This document shows, piece after piece, positions 18,090 through 27,383 of a stretch of 64,000 nt of DNA (its first letter is position 1; every line of letters starts with the position of its first letter). A program made the position numbers and the translations under genes. The DNA lies in NCBI GenBank assembly GCA_023228875.1, contig JALOAG010000005.1, forward strand, positions 79,196 to 143,195. The letters run 5' to 3'. Under the pieces are notes generated by a model. That model did no database searches and had not been told where the DNA came from. It worked only from the letters and a program-made list of their open reading frames with translations. Source of the stretch: Bacteroidia bacterium. GTDB lineage: Bacteria; Bacteroidota; Bacteroidia; NS11-12g; UBA955.

Positions 18090-18176
18090 CGGTGAGGGGG
18101 GGATTCGAACCCCCGGAACGGTTTCCCGTTCGACAGTTTAGCAAACTGTTGGTTTAAGCCACTCACCCACCTCACC
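18090..18176 (-). tRNA. tRNA-Ser (anticodon GCT), type II with long variable arm
   Basis: Reverse complement has acceptor GGTGAGG/CCTCACC, anticodon arm ACAGT-TTGCTAA-ACTGT, variable arm CGAACGGGAAACCGTTCC and T-arm GGGGG-TTCGAAT-CCCCC. Confidence 0.85.
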
Positions 18177-18288
18177 AAACTCCAAAAAACGCCTCCCCGT
18201 TTCTCTTTGAGGGCTGCAAATATAGAATTATTTTCTTTTAAAAAAATCGTCTTTTAAAGTTTCTTTAATTTCTGATTTCATAGTAATA

Positions 18289-20922
18289 TTGAACTCTCAT
18301 AACGCTATGGATAAGCAAGTAGATTTTAAGTTTAGAGATATTAAAACTTATGGTTCAACCGAATGGTTGGCAAATAATACCAAGAAATACCGTTCTGTTT
18401 TTGATGAACAAGAAGCATCTTATATATACTGCGAGTTTTCGTTTTTCAATAAAAAGTTTGATGTAGATGACTGGAGCATTAAACTCCAGTTGAAATGTTT
18501 GGATGCTAATGATAATGAAGTCTGTGATTTGAATTGTGATAGAACAGTTGACAAACGCGACCCTGTTGTGTATGTTAGAGAAGGCTGGGGGGTGAAAACA
18601 CCGGGCACATATTGGAAATCCGGAAATTATAGATGGGAAGTTTGGTCTGATGGGGTGTTAATTGGTACTAAATCTTTTTTTATTGAAAAACAGGGAGTGG
18701 TTAAAGATGGATTGAATCCTTACTTCAATGTAACATCTGTTAAATTATATGAAGGACCGGATGCCAACATGAAGAACACTGACCGAAAGTATTATGTAGT
18801 GTTTAATGCGCTTTCTACACGATATATCTGGGTTGAGTTTAATGCAGATAATTTAGTTAGAAAATCTTCTGATTGGGCGTGTGAATTAACCTTTAATTTT
18901 AGAACAAACACGGGATATACAAAGGGTACTGTTACCAAAATTTTATTTGTAAAACCGGATGATGAAGTAATTAGTGCAACAGTAGGCTGGGGCTCTGATT
19001 TGTTGGGCACTTGGGGACGAGGTAGGTACTATGCGGAAATTGTCTTTATGGATGAATTAGTAGCCTCAATTCCCTTTGAAGTTGGAGATGATTATATAGA
19101 AGCGTCACCTGACGACTTTGTACCATTTCAGCAAACAGGGTTTATAATTGAAGAAAATGAAGAAAAAAAGGAAAGTGCGCCAAAAGTAAACGGTGCCCCT
19201 CAGAGTCTCGAAGAGATTATGAAGGAAATGGATGGGTTGATTGGGTTGGATAGCATCAAGACTAAAATCAGAGAATACAGTAATTACTTAAGGTTTATTT
19301 CTCTAAGACATGAGAAGGGATTTAAAGACGAAGAAAAAATCAACCTTCATGCTGTATTTAAAGGAAATCCGGGTACAGGAAAAACCACGGTTGCCAGAAT
19401 GTTAGGCAAAATTTACAAAGAGTTAGGGTTGTTGAAAAAAGGACATGTGCATGAAGTGGATAGAGGTGATTTAGTGGCTGAATTTATTGGACAAACTGCT
19501 CCTAAGACTAAGGAGGCAATTAAAAAAGCTAAAGATGGAATTTTGTTCATAGATGAAGCATATTCTTTAGCACGCAAAGATGACGATAGTAAGGATTTCG
19601 GTAAAGAAGCTATTGAGATTTTGCTTAAAGAGTTAAGTGATAGCAGTGATATAGCTATTATTGTTGCAGGCTATCCGGCAGAAATGGATATATTCTTGAC
19701 TTCGAATCCGGGGTTAAAATCAAGGTTTAATATGATTTATGACTTCCCTGATTATGTGCCTCAAGAGTTGATTCAAATTGCAGAATATGCTTGTGCAAAT
19801 AGGGGGGTTGAGCTAAGTGTCAAAGCAAAAGAAGATCTTTACAAATATTTGGTTGAAGAATACAGAAAGAGAGATAAATTCTTTGGCAATGCAAGATTGG
19901 TAAACTATTTAGTAGATGAGTTTAAAATGAATCTTGGGTTAAGGATAATGAAAACCGACAAGCCGGATAAGTTAACCAAGGAAAATTTGTCAATGATTGA
20001 ATTGGAAGATGTGGAAAAAGCATTTCAGGTGCAAAAGGGCATTTCGGCAGATATTCCCATAGATGAAGATTTATTGAAAGAAAGTTTAACGAAGTTAAAA
20101 TCAATGATGGGATTGGAAGAGGTGAAAAAGAGTATTGAGGAGCTTGTTAAATTAGTGCGTTTCTACAAAGAGTCAGGAAAAAATATCCGAGAAACATTCT
20201 CATTACATTCAGTATTTCTCGGTAATCCTGGTACAGGTAAAACTACGGTGGCACGAATATTAGCACAGATATACAAGGCGCTTGGTATTCTTGAAAGGGG
20301 ACATTTAGTTGAATGTGATAGACAGAGTTTGGTAGGAGGTTACATAGGACAGACTGCAATAAAAACAACTGAAGTAATAGATAAATCCATGGGAGGTGTG
20401 CTGTTCATTGATGAAGCATATTCCTTGACAGAAGGAGGGGCCTCGGATTACGGTAAAGAAGCGATTGAGACCTTGCTCAAACGCATGGAAGACCAACGTG
20501 GTCAATTTATTGTTATTGCTGCCGGCTATACACAAAACATGGAAAGATTTCTTGAAGCCAATCCAGGATTGAAATCAAGGTTTGACAGAGTATTTATGTT
20601 TGAAGATTTCAAACCGGATGAGTTATATGAAATTGCTGAAAATCAACTTGCCGAACATAATATAGTGCCGAATGAAGCTGCTGCTAAACATTTGAAGGAT
20701 TATATTGCATTTGTATATAAAACCAAAGATAAGTATTTCGGAAATGGTAGAGAGGTCAGAAAAATTATTGAAGAAGCTATCCGTAATCAACATTTGCGTC
20801 TTGCAGAAATGCCTAAAAACAAAAGAACAGAAAAAACTTTGCATCAATTAGTAATGGAAGATTTAGCGGAGTTCTCGCTTGATAATAAACCTAAACAAAG
20901 AACAGGTATAGGATTTAGATGA
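18289..20922 (+). CDS. Protein with duplicated N-terminal beta-rich domain and two tandem CbbX/SpoVK-type AAA+ ATPase modules
   Basis: Two Walker A sites, both GNPGTGKTTVAR, and two Walker B sites, FIDEAYSL. GNAR and GNGR sensor-like segments are present. N-terminal residues ~20-140 and ~150-270 are an internal repeat, described in the findings. Confidence 0.7.
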   Translation: MNSHNAMDKQVDFKFRDIKTYGSTEWLANNTKKYRSVFDEQEASYIYCEFSFFNKKFDVDDWSIKLQLKCLDANDNEVCDLNCDRTVDKRDPVVYVREGWGVKTPGTYWKSGNYRWEVWSDGVLIGTKSFFIEKQGVVKDGLNPYFNVTSVKLYEGPDANMKNTDRKYYVVFNALSTRYIWVEFNADNLVRKSSDWACELTFNFRTNTGYTKGTVTKILFVKPDDEVISATVGWGSDLLGTWGRGRYYAEIVFMDELVASIPFEVGDDYIEASPDDFVPFQQTGFIIEENEEKKESAPKVNGAPQSLEEIMKEMDGLIGLDSIKTKIREYSNYLRFISLRHEKGFKDEEKINLHAVFKGNPGTGKTTVARMLGKIYKELGLLKKGHVHEVDRGDLVAEFIGQTAPKTKEAIKKAKDGILFIDEAYSLARKDDDSKDFGKEAIEILLKELSDSSDIAIIVAGYPAEMDIFLTSNPGLKSRFNMIYDFPDYVPQELIQIAEYACANRGVELSVKAKEDLYKYLVEEYRKRDKFFGNARLVNYLVDEFKMNLGLRIMKTDKPDKLTKENLSMIELEDVEKAFQVQKGISADIPIDEDLLKESLTKLKSMMGLEEVKKSIEELVKLVRFYKESGKNIRETFSLHSVFLGNPGTGKTTVARILAQIYKALGILERGHLVECDRQSLVGGYIGQTAIKTTEVIDKSMGGVLFIDEAYSLTEGGASDYGKEAIETLLKRMEDQRGQFIVIAAGYTQNMERFLEANPGLKSRFDRVFMFEDFKPDELYEIAENQLAEHNIVPNEAAAKHLKDYIAFVYKTKDKYFGNGREVRKIIEEAIRNQHLRLAEMPKNKRTEKTLHQLVMEDLAEFSLDNKPKQRTGIGFR

Positions 20923-22079
20923 TAACTTCGACTCAATTTACCATTGCTGTTTTTGGTCATCATATCAACCTGATTGAGTTGATATTTTTATCACTTGCAC
21001 TGTTTTTTGCATGTTGGCAAATAGCCTTACACTATCTTTATTTTCTGAAGTTTACTCAATTTCAATCTTCAAAAAGAAATATGCATAATTCACAGGCGGT
21101 GTCTTTGATTATTTGTGTAAAGAATGAAAAAGAGAATCTTAAGATAAATCTTCCTGCCATATTGGAACAAGATTACCCAAATTTTGAAGTAATTGTTGTG
21201 AATGATGCATCTTGGGATGGGACAGAAGAAATTTTAGCCTTTTTCACTGAGCAATATTCTCATTTGAGAGTTGTAGAAATTAAGGAAGATATAAAGCGTA
21301 TTGCAGGAAAGAAATTTCCTTTGACGATGGGTATTAAAGCAGCTAAAAATGAAATACTCTTATTAACAGATGGTGATTGCAGACCTACGAGTAAGCATTG
21401 GATTGCTAAAATGGTATCGCCTTATAACGATCCCAAAATTGAAATTGTATTAGGGTATTCTCCTTATCGCTATAAAGCAGGACTTTTGAATTTATTAATT
21501 AGGGCTGAGACTTCGCTAACAGCCATGCTTTATTTGTCTTTTGCATTAAAGGGAATACCTTATATGGGTGTTGGTAGGAATCTGAGCTATAAACGCGAAT
21601 TGTTTTTCAAACACAAAGGCTTTGCAAGCCATCACCATATTCCATCCGGTGATGATGATTTGTTTGTAAGAGATGCAGCAACGTCAACAAATGTTGCGGT
21701 TGTGTTATCGCCTGAATCTAGGATGTTGAGCGAACCTAAGCTCACATTTAAACAATGGTATATTCAAAAGAAACGTCATCTCTTTGTGGGAAGGTTTTAC
21801 CATTCTGACATAAAGCGCAAACTCACTTCGTTCTCAGGTTCACATTTCTTTTTTTGGATTGCTGTACTTGGACTTTGTTTTTTCTCTTCTCAACTTTGGA
21901 TTCCAATTGCCATAATACTTGGAAGGTGGATCTTACAAGCTCCTATTGTTGCTCTTTCGTTCAAAAAATTGGGACATAATATGCTGGCTTACTTAATGCC
22001 CTTGTTAGACATTGCTTTTTTGTTTTATACAATCTTTGGAGGCTTGGTATATTTATTCAGTAAGAAACCTAAATGGTAA
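20919..22079 (+). CDS. Membrane-bound family-2 glycosyltransferase
   Basis: N-terminal TM helix, a GT2-like core (VIVVNDASWDGTEE ... LLLTDGDCRP) and C-terminal multi-TM region. ATGA overlap with the upstream AAA gene. Confidence 0.6.
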   Translation: MITSTQFTIAVFGHHINLIELIFLSLALFFACWQIALHYLYFLKFTQFQSSKRNMHNSQAVSLIICVKNEKENLKINLPAILEQDYPNFEVIVVNDASWDGTEEILAFFTEQYSHLRVVEIKEDIKRIAGKKFPLTMGIKAAKNEILLLTDGDCRPTSKHWIAKMVSPYNDPKIEIVLGYSPYRYKAGLLNLLIRAETSLTAMLYLSFALKGIPYMGVGRNLSYKRELFFKHKGFASHHHIPSGDDDLFVRDAATSTNVAVVLSPESRMLSEPKLTFKQWYIQKKRHLFVGRFYHSDIKRKLTSFSGSHFFFWIAVLGLCFFSSQLWIPIAIILGRWILQAPIVALSFKKLGHNMLAYLMPLLDIAFLFYTIFGGLVYLFSKKPKW

Positions 22080-22702
22080 ACTACATGAACTTGCTTGAAA
22101 AATATATTGCACTGAGTAATGATCAATTGAATCGCTTACATGCTTTTACTGAATTATTACTTGAGTGGAACCAAAAAATCAACCTCATTTCGCGAAAAGA
22201 CACAGAACATATAATAGAACGACATATCCTTCATTCATTGGGAGTTCATGTGTTGGAGAAAATTAAACCCGGTTTTGATGTGCTGGATGTTGGTACGGGA
22301 GGAGGCTTGCCCGGTATTCCATTGGCAATTATTTACCCTAAAACAAATTTTGTGTTGGCTGATAGTATCCAAAAAAAAATCAGGGCAACTTCCGATATGG
22401 TTAAGAAGCTGGATTTGCCGAATGTTACTTGCATTAATGCCAGAGTTGAAACGCTGCAACAAAAATTTGAAATTGTTACAGGGCGTGCTGTAATGCGATT
22501 GATTGATTTCCATAAGTTGACACATCATTTATTACTAAAAGACGGTACATATTTGTTGCTCAAAGGAGGTGATTTGTCCGATGAGATTAAGGAATATGAA
22601 GGTGTTTCAGGGTTAAAAGTAAAATTGCACGATCTTTATAAAAGTTTTCCTGAGTCCTTTTTTCAAAGTAAATTTGTGTTGGAAATAACCAACAAGCGAT
22701 GA
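22073..22702 (+). CDS. rsmG: 16S rRNA (guanine527-N7)-methyltransferase RsmG
   Basis: Carries the SAM motif 'DVGTGGGLPGIPLAI'. Length and layout are typical of GidB/RsmG. Confidence 0.85.
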   Translation: MVNYMNLLEKYIALSNDQLNRLHAFTELLLEWNQKINLISRKDTEHIIERHILHSLGVHVLEKIKPGFDVLDVGTGGGLPGIPLAIIYPKTNFVLADSIQKKIRATSDMVKKLDLPNVTCINARVETLQQKFEIVTGRAVMRLIDFHKLTHHLLLKDGTYLLLKGGDLSDEIKEYEGVSGLKVKLHDLYKSFPESFFQSKFVLEITNKR

Positions 22703-24147
22703 TTCCCATTCTAAATTCTGAACAAATCAAAGCAATAGATATCTATACTATTGAGCACGAGCCTATTGCTTCGGTTGATTTGATGGAGAGAGCGGTTGAT
22801 AGACTTTTATCCCATTTTTTATATTTAGAAAATAAGAAGATTCATGTCATTTGTGGAACAGGCAACAATGGAGGTGATGGGCTTGTGTTGGCTCGCAAAT
22901 TGTGGCACAGCATGGTTCATTGTAGGGTAACTATTGTTGATTTTGGAAATAAACATTCTGAAGATTTCTCTATTAATCTGATTCGTTTGCAACAAAAAAC
23001 GGAGGTGAATATTTCTGTCATTCATTCACCAATGAAACTCAAACTTGAAGCAGATGAAATTTTAGCTGATGCAATATTTGGCAATGGGTTAAAGAAGGTG
23101 TTAACCGGAGACTACCTAACGCTTATTCAGATGATTAATCAAAGTAAAGCAGAAATTTATAGCATTGATGTACCCTCCGGATTGCTTTCAGAGAATGAAA
23201 CTCCATATGACGCTTTTGTTCATGCAAACAAAACTCTTGTCTTGGAGATTCCACGTCCTTCATTATTCAACCCAATGAATCAAATTGACTTTGAATTAGT
23301 TGAAATAGGTCTTCACAAAAGCTTTATACTTCAACAGTCAACCAATCAATTTGTTATAAGCGAAGAAGATGTGAAAATATATCCAAGAAACCGATTTGCC
23401 TTTAAAAACTCATTTGGGCATTTATTGGTTGTAGGTGGAAGCAAAGGGATGTATGGCGCACCGGTTATTAGCGCAAAAGCAGCATTTAAATGTGGGGTTG
23501 GGCTTGTAACATGTCTTGTGCCTGAACAAGGAGCACAAAGTGTACATAGTCATTTGATGGAAGCAATGGTGCTCGATTGCGGAATGTATTATTTAGAAGG
23601 GAGTCTTCCGGAAATAACTAAATACAATGCAATAACAATTGGAATGGGCATTGGGCAGGAGAAGCGTACTTATGAGTTTTTGGTTGAATTATTAAGGACA
23701 GCTAAGACACCATTTGTGATTGATGCGGATGCCTTGAATTTATTGGCATTGCATAAAGGAGTTAAAAATATTCCTTTAGGGAGTATCATAACTCCTCATC
23801 CAGGGGAGTTTAAGAGGCTTGTAGGAGAATGGGGTTCAGAATCAGAAAGATTGGAAAAACTTCGTGATTTAGCAGCAACCACAGAAAGTATTGTAATACT
23901 TAAAGGAACATATACTGCCATTGCAGTACCTGATGGGCGTGTTCTTTTTAATACTACAGGCAGTGTTTCATTGGCAACAGCGGGCTCGGGCGATTTGTTA
24001 AGCGGAATGATTGGTTCTTTTCTTGCACAAGGATATACTCCATTAGATGCAGCTATGAGAGGAGTTTATTATCACGGGAAAGCCGGAGGACATTTCCAAG
24101 GTGTTCCCGTTAGAGCCGAAGAGATTATAAATGCAATTAGGTTTTGA
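22699..24147 (+). CDS. nnr: Bifunctional NAD(P)H-hydrate repair enzyme Nnr (epimerase plus ADP-dependent dehydratase)
   Basis: N-terminal YjeF-N domain (GTGNNGGDGLVLAR) and C-terminal carbohydrate-kinase-like domain (GSGDLLSGMIGS). Confidence 0.85.
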   Translation: MIPILNSEQIKAIDIYTIEHEPIASVDLMERAVDRLLSHFLYLENKKIHVICGTGNNGGDGLVLARKLWHSMVHCRVTIVDFGNKHSEDFSINLIRLQQKTEVNISVIHSPMKLKLEADEILADAIFGNGLKKVLTGDYLTLIQMINQSKAEIYSIDVPSGLLSENETPYDAFVHANKTLVLEIPRPSLFNPMNQIDFELVEIGLHKSFILQQSTNQFVISEEDVKIYPRNRFAFKNSFGHLLVVGGSKGMYGAPVISAKAAFKCGVGLVTCLVPEQGAQSVHSHLMEAMVLDCGMYYLEGSLPEITKYNAITIGMGIGQEKRTYEFLVELLRTAKTPFVIDADALNLLALHKGVKNIPLGSIITPHPGEFKRLVGEWGSESERLEKLRDLAATTESIVILKGTYTAIAVPDGRVLFNTTGSVSLATAGSGDLLSGMIGSFLAQGYTPLDAAMRGVYYHGKAGGHFQGVPVRAEEIINAIRF

Positions 24148-24205
24148 AATATTTTATTGTAGTGAAATTGGACTCAAGTACAAGTCGTAATGCAAATATT
24201 ACTAC

Positions 24206-24940
24206 TTATTCAGTGATTTCAATTGTCTTATCAAAAGGTCGATAGGTGTAACTAATAACACCGCCTTTTGACGTTCCTGCAATTGTTTTGTTTTCAACTT
24301 GTCTTTGTAAATATACATTACCGGGTCCGATAGGCAAATTTGTTTTTGCTTGTACACCCATTACAAGTGTGCTAGTACCGGTGGCATTTGTGTAAAACAA
24401 CGCACTTTTATCCCATGCATAAGTTCCTATATACATACCTACACTTTGGTTTGCAGAAAGTGCCGAACCAACCCATGAAAACGTTTCTGCTTTGGATTTT
24501 ACAATGGTGTCAAAATCATTTGGGAATTCAATAGAATCAATTCCGGTAGGTATAGTATTTGTGAATACTTTTCCATCTGTGTTTGTATAAACAAAAGTAC
24601 CGGTGGTAATGTTTCCGGCAAATTCTAAGTGATGTGCATTCCAGATTAGAGAATAAGGCATTTTTTGTCCGTTGAAAGTAACGTTTGCCCCCGTACTGTC
24701 CACCAGTTCTAATAATGTTCCTGTAGGATTGCCAAATCTGAAACGTGCAATAACATGGGTTTTGTCATCATTCTGGTTGTAATATACATTGTATTCCGTC
24801 CAGATTTTGTCTTGATTGACATCTACAGAGTCTTCTTTGCTACACGAAGTCAAACACAGAGCGATGAAGCCGCAAACGAAAAATAAGTAGTTCAGTTTTA
24901 AAGAGTAGAAGTTCAACATTGATTTTAGATTGTGTTTCAT
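24206..24940 (-). CDS. Lipoprotein of unknown function
   Basis: The ORF-track ORF (to 25027) is probably over-extended at its N-terminus. The internal Met gives a canonical lipoprotein signal, MKHNLKSMLNFYSLKLNYLFFVCGFIALCLTSC. Confidence 0.5.
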   Translation of the reverse strand: MKHNLKSMLNFYSLKLNYLFFVCGFIALCLTSCSKEDSVDVNQDKIWTEYNVYYNQNDDKTHVIARFRFGNPTGTLLELVDSTGANVTFNGQKMPYSLIWNAHHLEFAGNITTGTFVYTNTDGKVFTNTIPTGIDSIEFPNDFDTIVKSKAETFSWVGSALSANQSVGMYIGTYAWDKSALFYTNATGTSTLVMGVQAKTNLPIGPGNVYLQRQVENKTIAGTSKGGVISYTYRPFDKTIEITE

Positions 24941-25157
24941 AATTTTTTGCGTTAAATGGAGTGAATAATATTGGTTAAGATCGCTTATTTGCAAACACAA
25001 AGATAGAAAATGAACATATTCGGACATGTCCTATCATCACAATTATGAAAATGTTTGTGCAAACAGAGTGAACTTTGGTCATTCAAACATTTTATAACAC
25101 TTACAATCTGTTAGATTATGGATATAGCAGAGATGATAATAGGAGAGTAAGAATAGT

Positions 25158-25979
25158 TTAATACTGTTCTTTGTTATTAGGGAAATCTTTGGTTTTTACG
25201 TCTTTTATATAGTGTTGAATAGCCTCGGTAATGGTATCGAACAGATTGAGATATCGTCTCAGAAATCGAGGGCTGAATTCTTTGTTTATTCCTAACATAT
25301 CATGGAGTACCAATACTTGTCCATCAATTCCACCACCTGCTCCAATCCCGATTACAGGAATCTCAATGGATTTTGCTACTTTGATTGCTAATTTATTAGG
25401 TATTTTTTCTAACACAATGGCAAAGCAACCAGCATCCTGCAATGCTTTTGCATCACTCATGAGTTTTGCTGCTTCCGCCTCTTCTTTTGCACGTACAGCG
25501 TATGTACCGAATTTGTATATAGATTGAGGTGTCAGCCCTAAGTGTCCCATAACAGGAATCCCTGCGGTAAGAATACGTTTAATTGACTCTGTAATTTCTT
25601 CACCTCCTTCTATTTTCACTGCATGTCCACCAGACTCTTTCATAATTCTGATAGCACTATTTAATGCTTCTTTTGAATTACCTTGATATGAACCAAAAGG
25701 CAAATCCACAACCACTAATGCGCGTTTAACCGCACGAATAACGGATGATGCATGGTAAATCATTTGATCTAAAGTAATGGGCAGTGTGGTTTCGTGTCCC
25801 GCCATAACATTAGAGGCAGAGTCACCTACAAGAATTACATCAATTCCTGCTTCGTCAACAATGCGAGCAAGTGAATAATCATAAGCAGTCAGCATAGAAA
25901 TGGGTTCGCCTGCCATCTTCATTTCTTGCAAGGTGTGGGTGGTTACACGCTTTGCTTCTTTGCCTGGGTAATGACTCAT
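25158..25979 (-). CDS. panB: 3-methyl-2-oxobutanoate hydroxymethyltransferase (ketopantoate hydroxymethyltransferase)
   Basis: PanB-typical '[26 protein letters not shown]...[10 protein letters not shown]' segment; length 273 aa. Confidence 0.9.
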   Translation of the reverse strand: MSHYPGKEAKRVTTHTLQEMKMAGEPISMLTAYDYSLARIVDEAGIDVILVGDSASNVMAGHETTLPITLDQMIYHASSVIRAVKRALVVVDLPFGSYQGNSKEALNSAIRIMKESGGHAVKIEGGEEITESIKRILTAGIPVMGHLGLTPQSIYKFGTYAVRAKEEAEAAKLMSDAKALQDAGCFAIVLEKIPNKLAIKVAKSIEIPVIGIGAGGGIDGQVLVLHDMLGINKEFSPRFLRRYLNLFDTITEAIQHYIKDVKTKDFPNNKEQY

Positions 25980-26060
25980 AGTGTAATATTTGGTGCGAAG
26001 GTATCATTTCCGCCCCAAGTTACGTATGAATAATAAATAATTTACTAAAGGTTTAACAAA

Positions 26061-27383
26061 TTATTTCTGGTCACCGGCAGATGACAAACGGGTATAGCCA
26101 ATCAATTCGTCATATCTTAAAAACTGATTCTTATGGTAAATAAGAATGTTATAGTCATTCTCGGTTTGATAGAAATTATTCTCGGTGAGTGATAAATTGA
26201 TTGATTTATTATTTTCTTTGGACGGGGTTACAAACCAATAGGAATAATAACCTTGTTTGAGCATTGCTTCGCAATAATACAAGTTACGTACTTCATCATA
26301 AACCATCTTGAAATCATCTTTCATTTCCCAATTGGTTAATTCTCCAAAGATATAAATAGGTTCATCAAGCTTGCCACTTGGATTAATGTAGTAAAACTCA
26401 ACTTTTACGTAATCAGAACTAATATTAGGGTCGCGTGTCCCTGCATCTTTATTATCTAAAACAACTTTTCCATTGTAATCTATATATTGCAGATATGGTG
26501 TCGCAATTCGTGTTTTCTCTTTAAAGAGTTGTGCGACAGGTCTATTGTATTCATCAAAAAACTTACGACTGACACTCGGGCTCATGGTGCGCATACTGCG
26601 AATATCAAAATAGCGAAATTCATTGCCACCCCAGAAATTATTTTCAGAAGTATAATTGTAGTCCAATTTGCCGGCATTAACAAATCTGGGTTTCAATCCA
26701 TAAATTGCAGTAGTCCAATTTGTGTTTTGCAAAATCACCGCATTGACATCAATCATAGGATTGGGTATTTCATAGTTGTCAAAAGAAACAGTAAAATTGA
26801 TTTGTTGTTTTTTAAGACGATTCTCTACATCACTTGAACGTTCTACTTTGGCATCGATTGTGAAAATTTCATCCAATACCAAGAATCGTTGTGTAAGAAT
26901 AATGTCATTTTCATCATAATTTCTAAACACTACCAGCAGATAATTACCGGATACTTTAGGGAGCATTTCTTGTGTTGGAAATGTTAGAGAATAGTGAATA
27001 TAGTTGATATAAGTGTTTTGAGAAAACGAAAAGGATTCTATATTGCCAAATTGATTTCCATTAATGTAATCGAAATAATGGATGTCAGAAGGCTCCCAGT
27101 TAGCGCTGCAATGAATGAATTTGTATTGATAAAAGTCATTATCACTTCTTAAATCGTCAAATCTAAGAGTAAGCGCACCCATAGGTGAGGAGAGTTTAAC
27201 AATCGGGATGCGTTCTTCTGAATTTGTTTGTTGAAGAATCACGGTTTGAATGGCTTCTTCATACACTTTGTTCTTGTATTCCAACGGAACTTTTGCAGCC
27301 TGAGTGTTTGCCAATTTTAATATTAAAAACGGCACTAATAATAGGTATAGATTTTTCCTATTCATTGTTTCAAAATTACTCAA
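26061..27383 (-). CDS. Secreted hypothetical protein
   Basis: Signal peptide present (…LILKLANTQAAK), 440 aa, no recognisable catalytic motif. It overlaps the stop of the downstream ABC-F gene by 8 nt. Confidence 0.5.
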   Translation of the reverse strand: MSNFETMNRKNLYLLLVPFLILKLANTQAAKVPLEYKNKVYEEAIQTVILQQTNSEERIPIVKLSSPMGALTLRFDDLRSDNDFYQYKFIHCSANWEPSDIHYFDYINGNQFGNIESFSFSQNTYINYIHYSLTFPTQEMLPKVSGNYLLVVFRNYDENDIILTQRFLVLDEIFTIDAKVERSSDVENRLKKQQINFTVSFDNYEIPNPMIDVNAVILQNTNWTTAIYGLKPRFVNAGKLDYNYTSENNFWGGNEFRYFDIRSMRTMSPSVSRKFFDEYNRPVAQLFKEKTRIATPYLQYIDYNGKVVLDNKDAGTRDPNISSDYVKVEFYYINPSGKLDEPIYIFGELTNWEMKDDFKMVYDEVRNLYYCEAMLKQGYYSYWFVTPSKENNKSINLSLTENNFYQTENDYNILIYHKNQFLRYDELIGYTRLSSAGDQK

